64,000 nucleotides of DNA from Callorhinchus milii (Eukaryota), in NCBI RefSeq assembly GCF_018977255.1, contig NW_024704754.1:17174001-17238000 (forward strand). Reading direction: 5' to 3'. Position 1 is the first letter of the stretch, and every line of letters begins with the position of its first letter. The notes beneath the pieces were generated by a model. That model had not been told where the DNA came from and made no database searches. It saw only the letters and a program-made list of their open reading frames with translations. This document shows, piece by piece, positions 53,701 through 64,000 of this stretch. The translations under genes and the position numbers were made by a program.

Positions 53701-55851
53701 TGCGGCATCAATTTACATGACTCTGATCCCTTGCTTAGAAATCCTGATAAGAAATAGCAAATGTTAGGTGCCCCCCAACTCCCCAACTCCGCAAATCTGC
53801 CCACCTGTGACAGTCCACGTGTTGCGCCAACCATTCACCCACCCCCAACCCCCACCACCCACCTCTGCGTTTGCTCACTTCTGATCTCGTGCAATATTCA
53901 TGCCTTTACCGAAGGAAACAATAGAGGAACTGACTGCCCAGATCAACTCGTTTCAAGAGAAGACGAAGAAAATCGAGGACGCAATCTTAAGAAGAGATCT
54001 CAGGCAAGATAACCAGGTATTTGCTGGTTCTGGGAGTTTCTCCCATGTCCTGTCCAACAATCAATACCCACCCCTACCCACCTCCCAAATAAAATCGCTC
54101 ATCCGTTTCAAGGCTATTGCTGTGCGCAATTGGGCTGCCTACAAACATAGAGTCACGCCACTTCACAATCAATTTGTCAAGCGCTTTGGGGTGTGAAAGG
54201 CACTGCACAACAGGAACAACAAGAGCTTGCATTTATACAGTGCCCTTCGCGTGGGTAGTGTCTCGGAGCGCTTAATGCCAAGCTGGGACGAAAGAGGAGG
54301 TGACCGGAGGCACGATCGACGAGGAAAGTCTTCAGGTGCGATTTGAAGATGGGCATCGAAGGGGTAAAGATGGAGGGATTGAGGCAGGGAGTTCCATAGA
54401 TTTGGCGGGTAGTGGCCGAAGGATTATTATGATGTGGGCTCAGCTGATTCACTTACTACTTTAGCATTAAAAAGTTGACCTGATAATAACAGACTCGTGG
54501 CAATGTCATGATAATTGTTGGAAGTCCCAGAACTAGTAGCAGCTGAGAAACGAGCACAGGGTGGGAAGACAAGCAATACCTAACTCACAGGCACTCTCTG
54601 CTGGCCAGTCACTGCCAATGATTTCTACTCACCAAATGTTCAGGTCAACTGTTTATATTAATAATAATAATAATCCTTGCATTTGATACACTCAAAGAGC
54701 TTCACAGGATTTAACTGCAATAGTGCAGTGACTCTGCCTGTGAGTTGGGCTTTACTGTTTGGCCGAATAACTCAACAAAATGCAAGGAACTGAGGTCCGA
54801 GCAGCTAACTCTTGTGAGCTCTGCTCTGCAGGACATGCGACCTCCCAGCCTGTTCTGGGAGCAGGAACTCGAGAGCTTACGGTTTGTGGTGGAGATGAAG
54901 AACGAACGGATCCACAAGCTGGACAAAAAGCTGTTGCGGATGGAAAACCTGGTAGGTTTCGCTTGGCGGAATGAAACCTTTGACTGGGGTCGAGGCCCGC
55001 TGACTCCGTAAACCGTGCTTGCTTCCCGTGGCTGATAAACGAGAGGTTATTCACACCAGTTTCCCTTCCATCTCAGGCCGAGCTGAACGCCTCGCTTGAG
55101 GAGAAGATAAAGTCCCTGCAGCAGGAGTGCGAGGACATGCAAGTCCGGCTGAAAAATCAAGTGGTTTACGCAAGGTACCTGAGGAACTCTTAACAATATA
55201 ATAACCATAATAAATAATAATAATAATCCTTGCATTTGATATAGCACCTTATCACGTCATTAGACGTCTCATCCTTCACCGAATAATAATAATAATAATA
55301 ATAATCCTTGCATTTGATATAGCGCTTTTTTTTTGGAGGGATTATTACCCCCACCACCCCCCCACCAAAAGCCATCCATCAATCGACTAACAACGGGGTT
55401 CCTGCTTACTTCTGGGTAAACCGAGGCGCGCGTGTGTGGAATAAAGAAACTTGTCCAACATTTCACCCCGTCTGGGTGAATCGAACAGGTTCCTCTCGCT
55501 CATCGAGGCGAGCGCTCTAACCACTGCCCTACAGGATTCCATTGTCGGATTTACCATAGTTAGTGTCAAGTAGATGGAGTCAACAAAATCACCTAATCTC
55601 CCATTAACCACTGTTAGAAAGATGGTGTGTGTGTGCGCGTAAAATCTTACCGTATCTCGTCTGCCGTTAGGCAACTCTCTGTTGAGCACGTGGCTCTACA
55701 GCAGACATTGGAGAAGGAGTCTGTGGCCAAGCAGCGGGTTTGCCAGAAGAACGAGGAGCTGCTCTGGAAGCTGGAGAACGGAGAGGTGTCTCCCACGGCG
55801 GGCAGCATGTGGAAACCGCAGCCAGAGTCGCTGGAAATCTCCGCCAGGTGA
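47723..55851 (+). CDS. CCDC69: Coiled-coil domain-containing protein 69, 9 exons, ~329 aa
   Basis: Exons 47723-47767 (MGCSGSRVCRCYKKQ), 49624(or 49618)-49687, 50990-51204, 51807-51897, 53346-53419, 53915-54016, 54832-54951 (PSLFWEQELESLRFVVEMKNERIH), 55077-55174 (LEEKIKSLQQECEDM), 55671-55851. GT-AG and phase-consistent. The MGC start and FWEQELESL motif match CCDC69, and it neighbours GM2A. Confidence 0.9.
52615..52945 (+). mobile_element. tRNA-derived SINE, near full length
   Basis: GTAGCGTAGTGGTTA head, GGTTCAATTCC B box, standard tail. Confidence 0.8.
55285..55540 (-). mobile_element. tRNA-derived SINE with internal deletion
   Basis: Reverse complement head and tail of the 3308 family. 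Confidence 0.75.
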
Positions 55852-56799
55852 CGGTGAGTGTCGGCACGACCGGAGCTTATCACCAGCGACCCGGCCTCCG
55901 ATGACTTGGGAGCCATTTTCCTCTTGCCGTTGGTTGCCGACAGGGGTTTTGGCAGCCGGGCTCGGACTGTGGTTCGAGTCTCACGCCAATGTACCAGCAT
56001 TGCCTTCAGAGAGGACCTTCAGGACTCCGCGGCAGAGCTGATACCCCTTACACGAAACGGTGGCAAAGCCAGCGGCGGGCACTGAGGAGAACTCACAAGA
56101 TCGGTTCGGATGAAGAAAGCCCTTTCGTCCCACCTGATCTCACCCCTTCACGAACACTCGTCCTCCCATCCCTACGTCGAGCTGTGTGGTTTTTTTTTAA
56201 ACGAGTCCGAGTGTCCCGGCCTCAACCCCCCTTCTAAGGAAAACTTGTTCCAGTCATCAGGTACCATCTGGGTTACCCTCTGGGTAACTAAAACCGGTCT
56301 CTGCTCTGAAATTAGACCTTTACAAACTCTGAACCCGTGTTCTCGTGTTCCCGGCTCTTATTTCATTAGAGACTGACACTCAGGGAAGGTGTTTCACTAG
56401 AAGCCGAGTAAGTGGTTAAGGCTGAGACAAGAGCGATACCTTTAAGGGGGCATTTGCTGTTTGTCGCTTCCATTTCCTGACAGTGCAACACCTCAACCAC
56501 CGCATTGGAGCATCAGTTACACTATGTGATTCCAATGTCCTGACGTGGGGGCTTAAACCCACAACCTTGTGACTCGGAGGTGAGAGAGAGCTCTACCACG
56601 GCCAAGAATGCAACAGGACTTCAAAAGGTTTCTACAAGAGACCATTGAAGAACAGGAGGCCACCACAGCTTGGCCCACTGAACAGTAGGAACAGGAAAGG
56701 TCACCTCTAATCCAATGGCTTCCAGCCAACTCACTGGGAAACCTTCAAAAAGACGCGTTGCAAACTAAAGGTGGTGTAAAAACCTTTCGAGAACTGAAC

Positions 56800-57200
56800 C
56801 GGGGGCAGCGAGTGATTCCACTCAGCTCCAGTTAACCCTGTTAGCCAAAGCCCTAACAAGGAGGATGGTCCGAGCTGGACAAGCAGCGGGAAAGCCTGAC
56901 ACACAGCGATACGCTGTTTTCGCTGGTTAGACTCCAGCAGTTACCTCAACGCACAAAATGGAGTCCCCAAGCCTGGCCTCTTGCCAACCTGCGCCTAATA
57001 CTTTCCGGAATTAGGTAAGCAGGATGCATCCCTCCAGGGAAAGAAAAAAGAGAGAGAGAGAGAGAGCACATTACAATCGAGCAATCTATAAATCTTTGGA
57101 ATACCCATGTGTAGGTGGGATGCATGGAATTCTCTCAGTGATACTCTTAAGGACGGCGATGCGTTTCCACTTCGCGCCCAACTGACCGAAAATAATCCGA
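56800..57200 (+). repeat. Unclassified dispersed repeat (related copies near 12060, 32940, 45840, 61090)
   Basis: Shared blocks GGACAAGCAGCGGGAAAGC, CCCCAAGCC.TGGC.CT.GCCAACCTG, CTCTTAAG.ACGG.GATG.GTTTCC. Functional orientation unknown. Confidence 0.7.
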
Positions 57201-58164
57201 TTGTTGACCCACCTGATACCACATGCAGGATAGCAGATGAAATGGTTAAATGCCGAGTGAACCTGGAACCTCCAGTCTCTCAACAAAGCAAACTGCAAGT
57301 GACCGGCTACGCAAAGCTGAACTTTGCTTACGAGTCAAAACGATGCAAATCCACAGGATGAAATAAAAGAGGACACTTTATTGTGTGTCGGGCTGTTTCA
57401 TTTTTCCAAGGTCATTTTCTTTTAGTAAAATTACCACTGATACGGATTTAAAAATACAACAACTTTCACTTATATAGCGCCCGCACACTGTCTCCTGCGC
57501 AGAAGGATTGTTAAATCCAGCTTTCATCTCGTATTTTCACCGCTAAGCAACCAATTTTGGGGGGAAAGGGTGAAAGGCAGTCGGTTAAATTTAAAAAAGA
57601 TTTTCACCTGAATCTTTTAAATTCCGAGGGACAGTGAGGTTTACCCTTTGCCATATCCCGCCAAGTTCTCTGGTGGGGGGGGGGGGGGGCTGTGAATTTT
57701 CGCTCACAGAATACGCATAGTCACACGACTTTACAGCGTGTCCCGTGGAACGCTTTGGCGCGACACAGGTCAACGAGTCCTGGGAATGCTTGGAATTCCT
57801 TGTCCGTGCCGTTAAATGGTTGTTCCAAATTATCGACAATAACTTGCATTTATATAACGTCTTTCACATAGGGTAGCGTCCCGGAGCGCTTAGATTTAAA
57901 TCCCGATTTTCACTCAATTTACCCGAATTTACCTTTTTTTGTGTGAATTTCCCCCTCCCCCCCCCCCCCACCCACCCTCGATTTTCAACGGAAACAAATC
58001 GATCCTGAAAAATACCAGGGTTTTAATATTTGTAAATAAAAGCTGACGTTAATGGGACTTGTGTAGCTAACACGCAGTGCCCTCTACTGTCCCGTTGTGC
58101 GACGCACATCTCAGTCTATCCTTGGTGTAAATACTGCAAATTCTGTAAATGTTGTAAATTTGCA

Positions 58165-58270
58165 CGGCTACGGGGGCGCGAGCGGGGGAAGTGGGATTGA
58201 CTCTTTTCAAAGAGCCGACACAGCCACGATGGGCCGAATGGCCTCCTTCTGTGCTGTATGATTCTATGGT
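58165..58270 (+). mobile_element. CR1 LINE 3' end
   Basis: GATGGGCCGAATGGCCTCCTTCTGTGCTGTATGATTCTATG terminal motif. Other CR1-like ends near 24780 and 44760(-). Confidence 0.8.
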
Positions 58271-58474
58271 GACTTACTCACAAGGTGAGAGTAAAATCTT
58301 GGATGAATAAAATATTTTTTTTAACAAAACTAAAAATAATAGGTAATAGATCTCTCTAACAATTACCATAGACTCAAGCTACTTCATGTCAACGATATAC
58401 TTTTCATATACTTTTTTTTTTAAAAAAAAACTTTTCGCAAAAGGTGCCTCGATTTTCAAACGCTCGGACTTCTC

Positions 58475-61348
58475 TTATGTTTGCCCCGGACTGGGGTGAG
58501 GAAGAACCTTGACGGTAGTGGACGCTGTGCTCTGTCCCTGCATATTCTGAGCCGTGCAGGAATACAGTCCCTCATCCACAGGTCGGCTCTCATCCACTAA
58601 AAGCACGCTCTGTGACAATTGCTGGATCTTTCTTCCGATGTACACTTGGCGTTGGGTCTCCCGGGTGTAGGTTGGTCTCCCCAACTGTTCACAGGAAACA
58701 GACACAAAAGACACAGACACAGAGAGTGAGAGAGAGAGAGACAGAATATATCAATTTCTCATCGGTGTTCAAGTGTAGAATTTTACCTCCCGGACGTTAA
58801 ACCTTTTGTCTCAAAGTTCGAAGATTCAGAATGGAAACGTGCCAAATTCTTAAGATTGGTCTTCATCTAATCGGACGTGGCTTTCTTTCGAACGACTGGG
58901 ATTGAATTTCAGGTGTTCCACATTAAATCACACGTGACCTTGAATTTTAAGACTAAAACGATAAAAGTCTAAAGACTTTGACCATTTACAATGCTCTAAC
59001 GATACTCTGAGCTCCTCCTTAACTCTTGCAATGACAATGATCATCTGATTACACCAGTTCAGGAGGGAGGGGATGAGGCAGAAGGAAATGGGATGGAGTT
59101 CGTGGTATTTGCCGAGCGGAGGGAGGGAGTGGATAGGTCAGTAGGGGTGCAGGAGGTCACAAGTAGGGGGAGTGGAAATAATGACCAGAAAGTGATGGGT
59201 TTCAACTCAACTCAATTATCGGACGAATACGATAATCAATAACATTTGTACCGAAAGCAAAGTGACCCTAACACGGAGCCGCTATTTAAACCCTTGAGAC
59301 TTAACAGCTTACCTTCTGCCCAGGAAACACCCAGGTAAAGTCCACCGGTATCTCGGGCTCTCCCAGAGCTGCACACGTCAAATTAAAGTTCTCACCCACA
59401 CGCGCTGAACTGACGGAGGCTTTGATAACAGCCGAGGGCCGAGCAGAGGGATCTGAACAAGTTTACGGAAAAAATGGTTAAACGTAATATCTTTAAATTC
59501 TCTCCAGAAAGAATAAAGAACCATCTCGCGGTGCTTCACAAGCAATTACCGTCAAGCGTAGTGACTGATTTTACAGAGACCATAAAGAAAAACCTGAAAT
59601 TGCCCTTTGCATCTCTTAAACCCATGTCCTCTTTGGTCTATTGACTTGTTGCATCCTTAAGTGCAATACTGATCTGGGTTTTTTTCCATCCCGTTTCGAA
59701 GTGTTGAAAGTGAACGTTATTTTAATAAAATAAAAACTGAGCGTCTAATATGTAAAAAAAAACATTGTCGCTTAATCCACGACTGTTTGTGACAGACGTC
59801 ACTGTGCGGAATTGGCTGCCGGTTTTCGCCCACAAAACATACAGTCAATTCTCTTTACAGTGAAGTGCTTCAACAAGGTGATAAAGCGCTATATCAAATG
59901 CAAGGAATATTATTATTATTATTAAACTTTACACCACGTTGAAAACGAACGTCATTTCAATCGAAATAAAAGCTGATAATCTTAACACTTACACCTGACA
60001 AATATCAGGAGGTACTTTGTTGAGCTCTGCCTCAATCCCTGGTAACTGGCCACGCAGTAAACCGTGCCAGCGAAGGACGGCACAGCCTTGTGGACAACAA
60101 AACCCTTCGTCACATCAAACGTGATCAGTGTCCCGTCCAGCGGGATCTCCTCCGGTGGGAATTCCCGGTGCAGGGTCACTTTGGCCATTGGGTTGGTCAC
60201 TCGGCAGGGAAGCCTGGTGGGCCTGTCTGTCCGCAGCTGGACTGCTTCGTAATAATCGTTCGATGGTATAAACAGCTCACGTGGATCTACGGGGAAAGGC
60301 ACCAGAGGCTTTGGTCACTTACGGCTACGAAACCTCACCGCGTCCAATCCTTTCCTGTCGTTTTTATCCTCCTCTTTTCTTCTCCCATCTCGTGATGGGT
60401 CGTTGTCTAAACCTCCCCCCCCCCAACTCCCATATACACACACACACACACCAGGGAAAACGCCTTTTTAAATTAAGAATTCCTCCACAAATCACCGTAA
60501 ACTTAAATGTTAAGACAAAATGGTTTCGCAGCAGAAGACCAGCACAGTAGCAACTTGGTGGGGTGTGGGGTGGGTGGGGTGGGGAGGGGGGGGGGGGGGG
60601 GGAGAAGGGAAACGGCAGTCAGGAGCGAGTGAACCCTGGCCAATGACAGACTGTGGGTCCCACCGGTGAAGAAGACATAGGTGCTGCCTGTCTTCGACTC
60701 GTCCTTCCTGCAGTTCTGCCCATCGCAGTGCAGAGCCCAGCAGCCGTACTCCCCGGTGTCAGCTCCGGTGGTGTTTGTTAGGATCAGTTGGCTGAACTTC
60801 TCTCGGTGGCTAATTCTGCAAGTGAAAAAGAGTACAATTATCGATTGCCTAGTACAAACACCCGCCACATTAATTAAAAAAAAAGACACCACCAATCTGT
60901 CCAACCCTCCCCACCCGTGAGATCAGTCGTGACTATTTTGGCGGCGTGTTTTTGGCCAGTGTGATAATTATCACCAGGTGATATCGTCACATGCCGCAAT
61001 TTGGATCACGGTCGATGTAGGCTCCCAGTGTAGGGTCAGGGATTAAGCCTGACTCATCAGCAGGACTATGGAAGAGCAGACCAGTCACTAGGGGCTGGGA
61101 ATCCTCCCCTTAAACTCTTGTTAACCCTGCAAACCAAAACCCTAACGGGTAGGGTGGTCCTTGCTGGACAAGCAGCGGGAAAGCTGGCCGGACAGGGCAC
61201 TCGATGGGCAAGCTATGTGATTCCAGTTGGTTAGAGTCCAGCAGTTACCCCAAAGCACACTCTTGGGTCCCCAAGCCTTGGCTCTCGCCAACCTGCGCCT
61301 AATAATTTCCGGAATTAGTTAAGCAGGAGGCGTCCCTCCAGGGAGAGA

Positions 61349-61381
<33 letters not shown>

Positions 61382-61880
61382 CATTTCATTCCAACAATCT
61401 ATCTCTGGGATTTCCACGTGTAGGTGTGGGATGAATGGAATTCTCAGTTGGATTTGGAGACTCTTAAGCAACGGTGATGGGTTTCCGCACGTGTCAGCTA
61501 AATAAATAATAACCGGCAGAACAGACTTGCCGGTCTGAACGTCACTAATCCAGGTCCTATATGTTCCTACCTGAACCTGCTGTCATCGTCCTCGTCCAGA
61601 TAGCTGGGGTAACGCCAGTTGATGGGCTTGCCTCTGCATCGCAGCTCAAACCTCCCTCCAGCGGGGACGGATAAGGTTTCCGGCGGTTTCTGAAACACTC
61701 CCTTCTTGATCGCCAGGCTCATGATAAACACCGGTGGAGACTCCTTGGCCATGGTTTTCTTCTCCTTCCTCGCTTTGATCTTCTTGACGCTGGGTTTGAG
61801 CTTCTTGCCGGGGGTTTGCTTCTCCCGGGCAACTTTGCCCACCGTTTCGGTGACTTTCTCCTCCTTTTTCTGGCATTCCC
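58475..61880 (-). CDS. PDGF receptor-like secreted Ig-domain protein (PDGFRL-like paralog), 5' partial
   Basis: Exons (minus strand): 61571-61880 (FQKPPETLS..ELRCRG..YPSYLD), 60664-60815 (ADTGEYGCW..CRKDESKTGSTYVFFT), 59993-60286 (PCRVT..KVTLHREFP), 59313-59452 (CAALGEPEIPVDFTWVFPGQK), 58475-58684 (SQSVL..YSCTAQNMQGQS). Phase-consistent. The signal-peptide exon was not found and is probably beyond the window. Confidence 0.9.
61090..61500 (+). repeat. Unclassified dispersed repeat, longest copy
   Basis: Collinear with 56800-57200 including the internal (GA)n. Confidence 0.7.
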
Positions 61881-64000
61881 CTGAAACGACCAACACAGTT
61901 TACTGAAACAAACGATTTTCCACGCACGTTGCAACGACAAAGACAACTTGCACACATATATATATATATATAGCGCCCCTCAAGCAGGGTAGCGTCCCAG
62001 AGCGCTTGAAGCTGGCCCAGAATTGTATGGTGAACTTCCGCTGCATTTCACGAACTAAAATAAAGAGGTGAAAAATAGGTCGTTGGATGTGCTAATCACC
62101 ACATCACATACCTCATGTTTAATCCCTGCAGCTTGTTTCCCTATCCCTGATCTTCTTAAGAGCTGCAGAAAAACAGCGCACAAATTAAGAGTGCTTTCAA
62201 GACTTTTCTCACAATTCTACGCGCACTTATACTGTAAGCCGAAACCTTATTAGTTTTATCGCTGTATGGGTGGGTGTGCGATCTTGGCAAGTGGCAAAAA
62301 ACACTGAGACAACAAACAAAAAAAAAAACGCCGAGTTAACCAAAAACTGCCGGGTCGATAAAACATAACACCAGTCTATTTAAACAGCAAGGCGGAATTA
62401 AGTTCCATTTCTGTGCTTGAGGATTGAGGAGAGGTGAATATTCTTGGTGAAATAATAATAACAATAATCCTTGCATTTGCATTTGATATAACGCCTTATC
62501 GCGTCATTGAGACGTCGCAATGCGCTTCACGGAATATATTGTAAAGTGGATTGACTGTGCATTTTGTCGGTGAAACACGGCAACCAGTTGCACATACAGA
62601 AGCTGCCCAGTTTGAACTGCTTTATCCCACTGATGGAAAGCTTGCCACCGTTATCGCTAACGTTACAGCCAGATGGTCCTTGCACTGAGCTACACAGGAA
62701 GTGGGTCATGGCTGATGTGCTCCACCGCCATTGAATCCACCCGACCCAGTTCAGTGCCGCAGTGAAACAGCGTCCAAACAAGACTCGGTAGGCACTAGGA
62801 CACGAGAATCGCATTCCTTCACGTCGCTTGCTTTTCATCATTATATAATCGCTTAAAATTTGACGGTTAAAACTTGACCGGTGACCGTTTTGTTAACGTG
62901 GATGGTTTGAGCTGGAAATATTGAATAGAGATGAGTTAAATGCATGGATTCCCGTGCACTCTCACCTCGGTTGACTTAACTTAACCCTAACTCGCTGGCG
63001 ATTTTACTTACCCAATTCCAGTAGAAAAAGGCAGGCTAAGCAAGCCAGAGGGAGAAAAAATCTCAGCTTCATCACGCGTAGAGAAAGTTTCTAAAAAGTT
63101 TTCGAGGGAGCTGAGCAGAAGTGAGCCCAAGCTCGGACTGAAGTTCACACTAAGGTGATGGTCTCAGAAACTTCACAGCGGAGTAGCGAAGGGGGTGGGT
63201 TCCAGGATTTACTTTTCTTTCAGCTATTTCTTGGTGAACAAAGTCTCCTCACAGCCGGCTGAGATTCAACGGGAAGAATTTAGCCAGCTGAGAAGGCAAA
63301 CTCAATGAGCCCATTCATCTGCTTAACCTGACATCCACTCTCCAATTAACATCCACATACTTGGCATACTTTTCAGCTCCTTGCTATATATATTATACAA
63401 CGGGGTGATGCGTATTGCAACCACATATGTTTAGCAATGATTGAAAAATATTTCGGAAGAGAGAAATAGCTTAATTTGACACAAATTCAACAATAAATAT
63501 GTAATCCATCCCCCCCTTTCCCTCTTCCCACCATCGCTGCAATAATATTTGCGGCGTTCATAACACATTCCTTGTGTTAGTTAACGCTGCAAACTTCACC
63601 CTCAATTTTTCTCTTTTCTCTTCTGTTTTGCTCCCATTCCCTGCTCCTCTCCCGACTCCTTCCCTTTAGGAAAAGGTCCCAGTCCAATCTCTGGGAGTTG
63701 TGGCTTTGTGAGCTTGACGTTAATTGTAGGGGGAAAAATCGTTGAGGTTCGCTGAAAAGGAAGTAATTGAGGGGATCTGGCGAGAGTTAAAGGCAATAAA
63801 TAGATGTCAATGTGGATCTATGGAAAATAGGTCATGCTGAACAAATTCATTGGAACTCTTTGAGGAAGTAACAGTGGTTGTTGTGTATGTTATATGCCTT
63901 GATTTTCACTGCGGTCACTCATAAAATACTTCCTATAGCAGCCATGCGATTAGGGAGTAAATTGTACACCCGGAAAATGAATGAGCTGGAAATAGATAAT

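Noticed and set aside
56845-56930. Telomerase-RNA-like words (CCCTAAC, CAGCGGG..AAAGC, CGCTGTTTT.CGCTG)
   Set aside because: Blocks are in the wrong order, there is no full template, and the sequence belongs to a multi-copy repeat.
61030-61065. Hammerhead-like CTGATGA plus GTCAGG/CCTGAC stem on the minus strand
   Set aside because: The required GAAA after stem II is absent (reads CCTAC).

Overview
Eukaryotic, intron-rich vertebrate DNA. The repeat landscape (an abundant tRNA-headed SINE with an L2-type (ATT)n tail, Deu-domain SINEs, L2 and CR1 3' ends) suggests a cartilaginous fish, probably a chimaera; this is inference. I reconstructed the genes by hand from GT-AG junctions and reading-frame phase. 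SLC36A1 (-, 10 coding exons, 481 aa) lies head-to-head with GM2A (+, 4 exons, 193 aa) across a promoter region carrying CLEAR/TFEB motifs. Next come a second, intact but highly divergent GM2A-like gene (+, 4 exons, 158 aa) and a decayed third GM2A-like copy. CCDC69 (+, 9 exons, ~329 aa) follows, converging on a PDGFRL-like gene (-, 5 exons seen, first exon not found) that looks like a paralog of PDGFRL rather than its ortholog. The most interesting signal is the hidden tandem GM2A/ML-domain cluster. Its second member is strongly cationic, has no N-glycosylation sequon and lacks one disulfide loop, which suggests a secreted lipid-binding protein with a new function. Most ORFs in the supplied track are spurious.
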